Part shown: positions 8,619 through 18,900 of the stretch, one piece after another
Layout of the letters: each line of letters starts with the position of its first letter
Position numbering within the stretch: position 1 is the stretch's first letter
From: an uncultured virus (IMG/VR IMGVR_UViG_3300022926_000002)
Lineage: Duplodnaviria > Heunggongvirae > Uroviricota > Caudoviricetes
Strand: one strand, 5' to 3'
Length of the DNA stretch: 63,483 nucleotides
Virus record (IMG/VR): IMGVR_UViG_3300022926_000002
Made by a program: the position numbers and the translations under genes
Notes under the pieces: model-generated
The model's database searches: none
Seen by the model: only the letters and a program-made list of their open reading frames with translations
Told to the model about the DNA's origin: nothing

Positions 8619-11037
8619 CGTCAATCAGTGTTGCCACTATTTTGTATGTTGTACTATTACTACTTGCTGGTGTTCCAACAATTTTAACGTCACCGCTACT
8701 TAAACTTACATCATATTCTGCAAGTTCAGAACTTGTTGTAATGGTAGCAAACTCTGTTGCGTGTGCGGTTGTTCCGTTATGTGTTACCAATATTTTTGTC
8801 GTATGTCTTTCAGCACCATCTTTTGCGGTAATAACAATTTCAGCACTGCCGTAAGTTGAGGCATCAAATGTATAGATATCCTGCGGGAAAATGGTTGATG
8901 TTGTAACTTCGGTAGAAACAGATCTTGACTCATCTTGAATAATATCATCATTGACAGTCAAGGAGCCAGACATCGTATCGCCGGTTACATTAACGTATCT
9001 TAAATCACCTTGTGCTTCTGTGATAAAATTTCTTGTTTCTTTTGTTGCTGTCTGTACGTGACCATGGGTGTCAAACGTAATACCTGTTAAGAATTCAAGT
9101 GTACCAAATGTCTCATCGGCAACAGAAGAAGTATCGCCGTGGTCAATTGTAACATTGGCGGTTAAGGCACCACCACCCGTCAGTGCAGTACCTGCAATTA
9201 CTTGTACTGTATTATCAACCTTATCGTCTAATAAATTATCTACTTCTGTTTCTGTATAATAACGGCCATCTAAATCAGTAGATGTTGTTGTTTGAACGTG
9301 ACCATATGTGTCAAATGTAACACCAGTAAGTACGTTACCATCTGCTAATGAAACATCAACCACGCTAGATGTATCGGAGTGGTCCAAAGTTATAATAATA
9401 TCGGTAGAATCATTTAAATTAAATGTGCCTGATCCGTCGATTGCGTTACCACCATTTACTTGAACTTCACCATTACCAATTTGACCTGCCGCAGAGTTAG
9501 CAGCTTGTGCTAAAATATCAGATGCGTGTAGACCATCAAGCCTATCGGCATCAAGGTTTGATCCTGTTCCATCGTTTGACGTATCATAAAATCCAAGAGC
9601 ACGAATATCAGCAGCGGTTTGGTCGGCAGTTGCACCGTCCTCAATTAAATCAAGTTTAGCACCGTCAACCGAAACGTCACGGCCATCAACAGTACCTGTA
9701 ATAATTATATTTCCATTAACTGTGATTTCATCAAACTCGTCAACGGTAACATAATAACTACTGCCATCACCAGTTTCTAACACCAATGTGCTATTAGCGG
9801 AAACCCAACTAAAGTCATCAACACCAGCAACGGCGGTTGTTGAAGCAGCAGTAATACGACCATCTTCATCAACGGTTATAACAGGAATAGCGGATGCAGT
9901 ACCATATTGCCCAGGAGTTACACCAGTATTTGCTAATTCAGTTACAAAAGAAATAGTACCAGAATTGTTTGTACCTGTACCTTCAATATCACCTGTGAGT
10001 GTAACTGTTAATCCATCAAGCTCTGCACCGTCTGCTGAAACATCCCGGCCATCAACAGTACCGTTACCTACCATTGTGATTTCATCAAACTCACTAATTT
10101 CTGTTGAATAAACAGAACCGTCGGATGTAGCAATATTAAATGTTGAGTTAGCGCTTGTCCAAGATGTTGCCGAAACACCAGCAACAGCAGCAGTTGTAGC
10201 GGCAGTAATACGACCGTCTTCGTCAACTGTAATGACAGGCACCAATGAAGATGAACCGTAAGATCCTGAAGTTACACCGGTGTTTGCTAATTCGGTTACA
10301 ATGTCAAGGATTGATGTATTAGATGTGGCAGTACCTTCAATATCACCAGTTAAGTTAACAGTAATATCAGTTTCTAATGTATCTAATCTTGCACCGTCTG
10401 CAGCTATGTCGCGGCCGTCTACAAGACCTGTAACAGCAATGTCGCCGTTAACTGTAATGCCTGTAAACTCATTTATAACCGCGTCATAGTTGGTTCCATC
10501 GGATGTAGCAATCCTTAGAGTGTTGTTTGCAACGGTCCATGTGAAGTCATCAACACCACCAACAGAAGTTTCAGATGCCGCTGTAATTCTTCCGTCTTCA
10601 TCAACTGTAATAACTGGTATTTGTGAGGATGAACCATATTGTGCAGGGGTAACACCGGTATTTGCCAACTCGGTGATGAGTTCCATAACACCTGTATTTG
10701 AAAAGGCAGTACCTGTTACTTTACCTGATAATGTTAAATCAAAGGTGGCAGGTGGTACGTTTGTAAAATTATTATAATCAAGATAATACGTACCTTCTTG
10801 ACCATCAAGGAGATCAGCATCTAAACCTGATGTTGCACCGTCAACGGTTTTAATAAGTGTAAGTAAATCTGCGGCGTGTGGTGATAGTTCTTCTATAAAG
10901 CTAACACTTGAATTACCCGACTTAAAGTAAACTTTACCGTCCGCGGTGTTAATAGCGATTTCGCCGAATTCTAATTGTGCTGTATTCGGTACTCGACCGG
11001 GAATACTACTCCTGCGGAGCTTAATTGTTGTTGACAT
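8614..11037 (-). CDS. Fibre-like virion structural protein with three tandem ~120-aa repeats
   Basis: N-terminus IKLRRSSIPGRVP...GEIAINTADGKVYF resembles Mtd_N/hyaluronidase-type fibre N-termini. Three repeats of TELANTGVTxxxYG...PVITVDEDGRITAA...VDGRD. C-terminal beta domain YGSAEIVITA...TEFATI. Confidence 0.7.
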   Translation of the reverse strand: MSTTIKLRRSSIPGRVPNTAQLEFGEIAINTADGKVYFKSGNSSVSFIEELSPHAADLLTLIKTVDGATSGLDADLLDGQEGTYYLDYNNFTNVPPATFDLTLSGKVTGTAFSNTGVMELITELANTGVTPAQYGSSSQIPVITVDEDGRITAASETSVGGVDDFTWTVANNTLRIATSDGTNYDAVINEFTGITVNGDIAVTGLVDGRDIAADGARLDTLETDITVNLTGDIEGTATSNTSILDIVTELANTGVTSGSYGSSSLVPVITVDEDGRITAATTAAVAGVSATSWTSANSTFNIATSDGSVYSTEISEFDEITMVGNGTVDGRDVSADGAELDGLTVTLTGDIEGTGTNNSGTISFVTELANTGVTPGQYGTASAIPVITVDEDGRITAASTTAVAGVDDFSWVSANSTLVLETGDGSSYYVTVDEFDEITVNGNIIITGTVDGRDVSVDGAKLDLIEDGATADQTAADIRALGFYDTSNDGTGSNLDADRLDGLHASDILAQAANSAAGQIGNGEVQVNGGNAIDGSGTFNLNDSTDIIITLDHSDTSSVVDVSLADGNVLTGVTFDTYGHVQTTTSTDLDGRYYTETEVDNLLDDKVDNTVQVIAGTALTGGGALTANVTIDHGDTSSVADETFGTLEFLTGITFDTHGHVQTATKETRNFITEAQGDLRYVNVTGDTMSGSLTVNDDIIQDESRSVSTEVTTSTIFPQDIYTFDASTYGSAEIVITAKDGAERHTTKILVTHNGTTAHATEFATITTSSELAEYDVSLSSGDVKIVGTPASSNSTTYKIVATLIDV

Positions 11038-11099
11038 ATCTATGCCTCTTTGTTATAATAGGTATATACCTTAAATGATAATCTATATGGTTTGTCTAA

Positions 11100-14000
11100 T
11101 TAAAATGATCCACCGTCAATCTCATTAACAGCAATTGAAACAGTTCCCGAAGTGACAGTTGTATCTACACCATCAACACCATTGAACTGTAATGTTTCAC
11201 CTAAAGTGATTGCTGTATTAGCATCGGTTTCATCAGAAACAGTAAATGTCGGGTTTGCCATTTTAGCATTAGTAACACCGCCATCTTTTAATTGTAACGT
11301 ATCAGCAACAATCTCAATTCCGGTGTCATCAACATTAACTGAGAAATCTGTTCCTGTTAATGTTAAACCTTCACCACCTGAATATGTGCCAGCACCAGAG
11401 AACTGATACCAGATCACATCACCAACACCTAGAACAAATCCTTCAGCATCGGCAACTGTTGCTACATAACCTGTATTTTTATTTTGAGTACCATCAGTTA
11501 CGAATTGAAATGCACCAGGAATTTCTGATGTTTCATTAAAGTATTCACCACGAGTAAGTACCCATGCTGTTGTACCATCGCCGACAGTTGTTACTTCGTA
11601 TGAACCGTTTTCAATTTCATCAGTCTGATCTTTAACAAGTACTCTATCACCAACTGACCACTCTGTTACACCATCCAATTCAAATGCAGCAAGTGTACCG
11701 TTGTTTGTGAGTGTCCCATCAGTGTTATTATATGTTGCACCTAAATCAGCAGTTGTTGCAGCAAGCGCCGACGGAATAACTCTTAAACCTTGAGCAACAC
11801 TATCAACATAAACCTTTGTAGCTGCATCCTGGTCATTTGTAGGATCAAGTAGGTTTAGTAATCTGTTGTTACTAAAATCAATTGTATTTGTTGATGAGTC
11901 AATTGAGTTATTATCAAATGTAAGATCGGCAACATCTAATTGAGTTTCAATATTAACTTGTTTTAAATTTGAATCTGTGCCACCTGGGTGTAAGAAATAT
12001 GATGTGGATTCAGTATCAACAAATCTTTCGGCAATTACATCACCGCTTTCCACATAGAAATCTGATGTATCTTTACGGCCATAGAACACATAGTTAAATG
12101 CATTATTGAGCTGACCGATTTTTGTACCATCAGAATAAAGTGTTGCGGTTCCTGTAGAACCTTCCATTTTAATTTGAGCAGCGTTTTGTAAATAACCAAC
12201 ACGGATTGAGTTTAATTGAGATTCAGATGCAAAATCACCATAGAACCTAACATCAGAACTATCACGGAACCGAGGTGCATCAAGGTTACCGGTCATTGTA
12301 TCACCAGTTACGTTGATATATCTTGCATCAATTGTACCGACATTAAGTGCAACATTTTGGGCATATCCTGGTGCAGGTGTGCCTGTTGTTGTGATACCAA
12401 ATCCTGCCGTAACAGAACCGACATAATTAGCGGTAATCTCAACATTCATTTTATCGGTTGGGTCATCATATACAATAGAAACTCCGTCTTCGGTATTGTT
12501 TCTAAACATTTCACCAATAAGATCGTGTACCGTTTCTGTAAAGTCAGGAATAGCGTTTGCTTGAAGCTCAACGGGAATTTCTGTAGCAAATGTAACTTGA
12601 CCTTGTTCGTTAAGAACAACACGAGCAGTAAAACCATCGTTACCATATGAACCTGGTGTAACACCTGTATCCTGAATACCGATACTAATTGCATTATTAC
12701 CAGCATCTTCATCAAAGGCAATAAGACCATTACCAAGTGTAAGTGTTGGGTTTTGAATGAGGTTAACTGAGTTAAATGTGTTTGCTTCATCAATAACTGT
12801 TAACTGTGAAGTAAATGCACTGGCAAGATAACCTAATGGCACAGCATCAGTATTTGCTACAGGTGTACCAACGTTTGTAATAACATGGCCGCTTACATCA
12901 ATTTGATCTGAAGCTGTATTTGCGCCAAGTACAAGATCACCGTTTGCGGATATAATACTATTTTCATCTAAAATAACATCATCAACCACCATTTTTCCAT
13001 TGACAGAAAATAATCCTGTGTTATAATCAATTATAACTTTTGATAATCCACTACCAAATTTAAATGATCCATCAGAATCAATCTGCATGGCAATCTGATT
13101 ATTTGCAAAGAAATCTAATTGGTTATTATCAGCACCTGGTGAAGACTCGGCACGTATAAAGGTATTTTGGTCAACATCAATAACACCACCAAGGCCTGTC
13201 CATGCTGTGCCATTGTATGCTTCAAATCTAGCATCCTGTGTGTTATAACGGATCATACCTTGTTCGGCTGTAGGTCTTTCCGACACATTCCCAACTGGAA
13301 TTATGAAACCACCTGTAGAATTAACTTTTACAACATCAGCGGTAAGTTTAATAAAGTCAGCAGCATTTCTTATTTCAGCAACATATGCCGCTAACCAATC
13401 TTTAGTTGCAGATCCCAATGTATAAGTATCAGTTACATCAGGGATTAAGTTGCTTTCAAAATCAGCACTAACTGTAATTGCGTCTGTATCGGCATCACCG
13501 ATTTGAATATTACCACCAATAGTTACATTACCTGTTACACCAAGGTTACCGCTGATTTGCGTATCACCTGTTAAGTAATCAATTGTAAACTTATTTAATC
13601 CATCACCAAATTTAAACAAACCAACTTCAGATAGTTGTAATCTTTCGGTACCTGCTGTAAAGAATTGTATTTGGTCATTATCGGCACCGCTTGATGATTC
13701 GGCAACAATTTTTGTATCTCGGTCAAGGTCAATAACTGAACCTGCAATTGAACTCCATGAACCTGTATTATCAAATCCTTCAAACCTTTGGTCATCTGTA
13801 TTATAACGGATCATCCCAGTTTGAGGTGAAGGTCTTTCGAGTGTTGTACCTTTCGGGAATTGAATTGCGCCAGTCAGATTAAACTCTGCAACTTCACTAT
13901 GACCTAATTGAATATTATCGTTAATGGTAATAGAGCTATTTGCTTCAATACTACCATTCGTATTAATAATAAGTTGCTGTGTTCCACCAACAAAGAATTT

Positions 14001-15467
14001 TAATTCATCGTTGTCGGCATTCGGTGTTGTTTCCGCCTGAACAAATGTATCTTGGTCGGTGTCAATTGTACCGCCTAAACCTGCCCAAGCTATACCATTA
14101 TAACCTTCAAACCTTGTCTGATCGGTGTTGAAACGTACCATACCTGCAGCAGGCTGTGTTCTTTCTGCCTGTGTTCCAACAGGTAATACCAAACCACCAT
14201 TCCCAACAATTGTTAGAACATTATCAGGTGTATTAATGGTATCAAGAATTTGCTGTTCGTTTACACTAAACTCAGTTCCTGTTAATGTTAAACCTTCACC
14301 AGCAGTGAATGTGCCAACACCTTGGAATTGAACCCAATTAATTGAATGAACGTCAATCTCAAAAGTTTCGGCATCAGCAACAGTTGCAACAAAACCTTTA
14401 TTCTTGTTTACAATACCATCGGTTACAAACTCAAAAGTACCTGGTATTTCAACACTTTCATTATTGAAATCCGATCTTGCAAAAATCCATTCCAAATTAG
14501 CAGTTGGATCACCAACCTGTATAAGGTCATAAGAACCGTTTTCAACAGGGTTTGCCTGATCTTTAACAAGAAGTTGTGATCCTACAGTCCAATTTGAAAC
14601 ACCATCAATTTCAATTGTAAAGGCTTCAGGTAATGTGATTGTGGTATCTATCGACGAGTTACCAGCTTCAAATACAGCACCTGGGAATGTAATACTAATA
14701 TCTTCGGTTGTTGCTGCAAGTGATGATGGGCGAACCGAAATACCTTGGGCAACATTATCAACGTATCTTTTATTTGTTGCGTCAGTTGGTTTAACGGGAT
14801 CTGAGATAATCAAAAGACTTAATTCAAGTGCTTCGAGTGTATCACCAAGATAGTTATTTGTAACAACGTCATACGGATCAATAGGATCACGGACATTAAC
14901 AATTCTATGGTTTGTCATATCAATGACGTTATCAACAGGTGGCGTTAAGGTAATATTACCTGTTCCTGAAATCCCAGAACCTGTAATTGTTAGGTCGCCA
15001 ACCTGTATAAGGTTTAGCCCTAAGAATTGGTCAGTTGTTCCACCTAATGTAATTGCAGTATTACCAAACGTAATATCGTTTGAACTGATTATATTATTAG
15101 CTGCTGTAAAGTTTGTAGGATTTAATTCTGTGTTTGTTAAATCAGTCAAATGCCCAAATTGGTCAAGTGAAATATTTTTAACAAAACCTAATGGAGAGTT
15201 TGCGGTGTTTGCTTGGTCTGATGTATTAACGTGGGTAATAGTTACATTAGCGGACTCGCCGCCATCACCGCCAAGTGTTTGAACCGTAATGCCGTCGCCT
15301 GCAAAAATCTCTCTTGTATATGGACCAATCGTATCAACACCAAGTACAACAGAATCAGGTACAATAACCGGTTTCTTTTCACCTTGGGCAATAATTGGTC
15401 TTAATGTGTCTTGCTTCGGTACCGAACGGATTGAACGTGAACCGCCGACTTTTACTTTAATGGCCAC
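11100..15467 (-). CDS. Long fibre-like virion protein, 1455 aa, with internal duplications
   Basis: Three GM[IV]R[YF]NTxxxRFE[GA]...IDxDxxT...ADNxxLxFF repeats, two KxYVDxVAQG...LVKDQ...ENGSY...GEGLTLTGT domains, two copies of the giant-fibre linker, and a C-terminal IDGGSF. Confidence 0.75.
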   Translation of the reverse strand: MAIKVKVGGSRSIRSVPKQDTLRPIIAQGEKKPVIVPDSVVLGVDTIGPYTREIFAGDGITVQTLGGDGGESANVTITHVNTSDQANTANSPLGFVKNISLDQFGHLTDLTNTELNPTNFTAANNIISSNDITFGNTAITLGGTTDQFLGLNLIQVGDLTITGSGISGTGNITLTPPVDNVIDMTNHRIVNVRDPIDPYDVVTNNYLGDTLEALELSLLIISDPVKPTDATNKRYVDNVAQGISVRPSSLAATTEDISITFPGAVFEAGNSSIDTTITLPEAFTIEIDGVSNWTVGSQLLVKDQANPVENGSYDLIQVGDPTANLEWIFARSDFNNESVEIPGTFEFVTDGIVNKNKGFVATVADAETFEIDVHSINWVQFQGVGTFTAGEGLTLTGTEFSVNEQQILDTINTPDNVLTIVGNGGLVLPVGTQAERTQPAAGMVRFNTDQTRFEGYNGIAWAGLGGTIDTDQDTFVQAETTPNADNDELKFFVGGTQQLIINTNGSIEANSSITINDNIQLGHSEVAEFNLTGAIQFPKGTTLERPSPQTGMIRYNTDDQRFEGFDNTGSWSSIAGSVIDLDRDTKIVAESSSGADNDQIQFFTAGTERLQLSEVGLFKFGDGLNKFTIDYLTGDTQISGNLGVTGNVTIGGNIQIGDADTDAITVSADFESNLIPDVTDTYTLGSATKDWLAAYVAEIRNAADFIKLTADVVKVNSTGGFIIPVGNVSERPTAEQGMIRYNTQDARFEAYNGTAWTGLGGVIDVDQNTFIRAESSPGADNNQLDFFANNQIAMQIDSDGSFKFGSGLSKVIIDYNTGLFSVNGKMVVDDVILDENSIISANGDLVLGANTASDQIDVSGHVITNVGTPVANTDAVPLGYLASAFTSQLTVIDEANTFNSVNLIQNPTLTLGNGLIAFDEDAGNNAISIGIQDTGVTPGSYGNDGFTARVVLNEQGQVTFATEIPVELQANAIPDFTETVHDLIGEMFRNNTEDGVSIVYDDPTDKMNVEITANYVGSVTAGFGITTTGTPAPGYAQNVALNVGTIDARYINVTGDTMTGNLDAPRFRDSSDVRFYGDFASESQLNSIRVGYLQNAAQIKMEGSTGTATLYSDGTKIGQLNNAFNYVFYGRKDTSDFYVESGDVIAERFVDTESTSYFLHPGGTDSNLKQVNIETQLDVADLTFDNNSIDSSTNTIDFSNNRLLNLLDPTNDQDAATKVYVDSVAQGLRVIPSALAATTADLGATYNNTDGTLTNNGTLAAFELDGVTEWSVGDRVLVKDQTDEIENGSYEVTTVGDGTTAWVLTRGEYFNETSEIPGAFQFVTDGTQNKNTGYVATVADAEGFVLGVGDVIWYQFSGAGTYSGGEGLTLTGTDFSVNVDDTGIEIVADTLQLKDGGVTNAKMANPTFTVSDETDANTAITLGETLQFNGVDGVDTTVTSGTVSIAVNEIDGGSF

Positions 15468-15470
15468 GTG

Positions 15471-15797
15471 TTAAACCTCCGTGATTGTTGAGACGACAAA
15501 TGCCAGTCCTTCAACAATTTTAGACATCTCCCCGGTAGTCTTTTTCATTAAAACATCGTATTGGTATTTACCAGGCTTCAAAGTGCGGGTAACATCATCT
15601 GTTAAGACAAGTGTAATATCGTTATTAGCTTTTTCAATATCAAAATCCGCGACTGTTAAAGTCGAGTACATTTTCTTCATACTTGAATAAAAATCATAAG
15701 TCGCTATGCCAAGCTCAGCATTTTCATCATCATAAAGATCAAAACTAATACGAAAGTCTGAACCTTGGTCAATGTATATGTTTGCTCTTGATGCCAT
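15471..15797 (-). CDS. Small virion structural protein (BppU-N-like Ig fold)
   Basis: NIYIDQGSDF...LKPGKYQYDV...IVEG pattern typical of small adaptor proteins next to fibre genes in T4-like phages. Confidence 0.6.
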   Translation of the reverse strand: MASRANIYIDQGSDFRISFDLYDDENAELGIATYDFYSSMKKMYSTLTVADFDIEKANNDITLVLTDDVTRTLKPGKYQYDVLMKKTTGEMSKIVEGLAFVVSTITEV

Positions 15798-15827
15798 ATC
15801 TCAATTCTCTTTTTATGCTATTTACTT

Positions 15828-15835
15828 TATTTATA
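15828..15835 (-). promoter_or_regulatory. T4-type late promoter TATAAATA
   Basis: Exact motif about 30 nt upstream of the 15797 start and just downstream of a terminator. Confidence 0.8.
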
Positions 15836-15853
15836 ATATTCTCATCCATATTT

Positions 15854-15881
15854 AAAAAAAGGGAGCACAAAGCCCCCTCTT
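15854..15881 (-). terminator. Rho-independent terminator
   Basis: Minus strand reads GAGGGGGC-TTTGT-GCTCCCTT followed by a T run, about 25 nt after the collagen gene stop. Confidence 0.85.
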
Positions 15882-15904
15882 TAACTTGTGCTATGGGAAT
15901 ATCA

Positions 15905-18900
15905 TTATTGATTTAAATTATCAACTTCCTCTTTGAGATCTTTAATTGCTTCGATAAGTAATCCGACAATGTTACCGTAAGCAACGGCTTTCATTCCATC
16001 ATCAGTTGTGTTAATAACTTCTGGCAATATTTCTTCAACCTCTTGAGCAATAACACCTAGTTTTACGTTACCTAATTCAGCTTTTCTCTCATATGTAACA
16101 CCACGCATACTTAACACTTTATTAAGCGCATCGGTAATAGTTTCAATATTAGTTTTTGTTCTTACATCAGATTGTGCGTTAATATCACCTGTTGATGTGA
16201 AGTTACCAGTTCCCATATCAAACGTAAATCTCAATGTACCGTTATCTCTTATAGTATAATCAATACCGGTATCCATGTTTAATTGAACCTCGGCATCCGC
16301 AGATGCATATAAAAGTGCACCGCCAATTGAGCTACCAAATGCAAGTTGAAGGTCATTTTGGAACCTTAATTCACCGCCTGTTTTTACATCGGACACCGAA
16401 GCTTCGAGGAAGTCACCTGATCCACCGTTAAGTGTACCTGTTACAACCAAGTTACCGTCAACATTCAAATTCTCAACAGTTAATTCGTCATCAGTACCTG
16501 TATAGAAGAAGTTTGATTCACCACCTGGGTTAGGTGATAGGGTTGCATATAATGGTTGTGCTCCACCACCTGCTTGTGTCATAGTAAGGAATAGTGGTGA
16601 ACCTTGTAATGCTGTTCCATATAGATCGTTTGTTTCAATTGCTTGGGCATCTGCATCACCTTGAATACCTTGCATACCCTGAATACCATCTGCACCAATG
16701 ATACCTTGTGGACCTTGCGGGCCTTGGTTACCTTGAATACCATCTTGCCCAACACCTTGAATACCTTGTGGACCCGCCCCACCTTGGAAACCTTGAACGC
16801 CTTGAACACCTTGGGTACCTGCACCTGTGAAGCCTTGTAGGCCATCATCACCAGGAGGACCTTGAACACCTTGTGGACCCTGAGTACCGCCACCACCGCT
16901 AAGACCTTGTGGACCTTGTGTGGACTGAATACCTTGCACACCTTGAATACCTTGAGAACCGCCTCCGCCGCCCTCACCTTGAACACCCGGTCCACCTTGA
17001 ATACCTTGAATACCTTGGTTGCCTTCACCACCAGGACCTTGAATACCATCGTCACCGATAGTACCTTGAGTACCTTGAAGACCGCCTTGACCTTCTTCAC
17101 CCGAGGTCCCCTGAAGACCTTGAACACCTTGAGGACCTTGTGTACCATCAGCACCTTGTCCATCTACACCTTGAACACCTTGTGTACCTTGGATACCAAA
17201 TCCTTGAATACCCTGCGTACCTTGGATACCTTGCGCTCCATCATTACCTAATGAACCTTGAGCACCGATACCTTGTGGTCCTTGCGTACCCTGAATACCT
17301 GTTCCTGTTTCACCTTGAGCACCAGTAAATCCTTGTGTACCTTGAATACCTTGAGCACCAAATCCTGCGGGACCTACCTCACCTTGAACACCTTGGTCAC
17401 CTTGTAAGCCTTGGGCGCCTTGTGTACCTTGCGAACCTGCTGAACCAACACCGCCTGCACCTTGGAAACCTTGGAAACCAAGATCACCTTGGAAACCTTG
17501 TGTGCCCTGTAAACCTTGAACACCCTGGAAACCGTCACCACCTGTAGCACCGTCTTGGCCTGTAGTACCTTGCGGACCTTGTGGGCCTTGAATACCTTGG
17601 TTGCCATCACCTGCAGTACCTTGAGCGCCTTCTTCACCAGCATCACCTTGTAGGCCTTGAGGTCCTTGCGTACCTTGTAGACCTACGCCGCCTTCATCAC
17701 CTTGAACACCTTGAGTTCCTTGTGGGCCTTGAATACCTTGTAAACCTGTGTCACCTTTATCACCTGTTCTTGCAAACGTAATTCTAACATCAGAATTATT
17801 TCCAAATGATGTAACGGAACCTGTTAAGAAAGTACAGTCATATTCAAAAAAGCCTGATCTTTCAATAACATCATTGATTCTAAATGCAACATAGTTACTT
17901 GTTGTTGTACCATCAATAACCCTAAAGAAACCTTTTATAGTACTTGTTGGTTCATCTGTTGTTCTTAAGAATGCTTGAACATCGGTAAACGAGTCATCTC
18001 GGTCGTCAATACGCATTTCAGTTGCAGAAGCAATGTTTGCCGCATTGAATTTAAGTAAACCAACACCTGGATCTGAAGTATCCGTTGCGGTACTAAATGT
18101 ATAATCAAGAGTCATACCACCAAATTCACCGGCAGGACCTAAGTCACCTTGAATACCTGTTGTACCTTGGATAGATTGTGGACCTTGTGTACCTTGGTTA
18201 CCTAAATCACCTTGAGTACCTTGCCAACCTTGTGTACCTTGCCAGCCTTGAGTACCTTGTGGACCTTGAACTCCTTGTAATCCTTGCGGACCTTGGACAC
18301 CTTGGTCACCTTGTAATCCTTGAGTACCTTGCGGACCAACTTCAGATGTAAAGATATTCCCAACCATTCCTGAGTGAATAGAACATTGATAAACTAAAGT
18401 AGCGGGAGCATTAAACGGCACCCTGAATATCAATCTACCAGTTTCATCATTACCGACAATTGTTATGCCGTTAGTGTAATCTGAACCACCTGCACTTGTT
18501 CTAATTTTAAATGGGTGACCTGATACATTCAAATCAAATGTATAAGTAAATCCTCTCAACAGATGTAGGTTAGGCTGTGTTACACCGTCTATTTCATATG
18601 AAGTAGAACCTGTGTTTGTTACAACAAATTCTCTGCCGCCTTCCATACCTTGAACACCTTGGTAACCTTGGAAACCTTGTGTTCCTTGATCTCCCTGGAA
18701 ACCCTGAGTACCTTGTGCTCCTTGGAAGCCTTGAGTACCTTGTGAGCCTTCATCACCTTGAATACCAGTAAATCCTTGGAAACCCTGAGTACCTTGCCAA
18801 CCTTGTGTTCCTTGGAAACCCTGAGTACCTTGCCAACCTTGCGTTCCTTGAGTACCTTGGAAACCTTCATCACCTTGAATACCTGTTGTACCTTGGAAAC

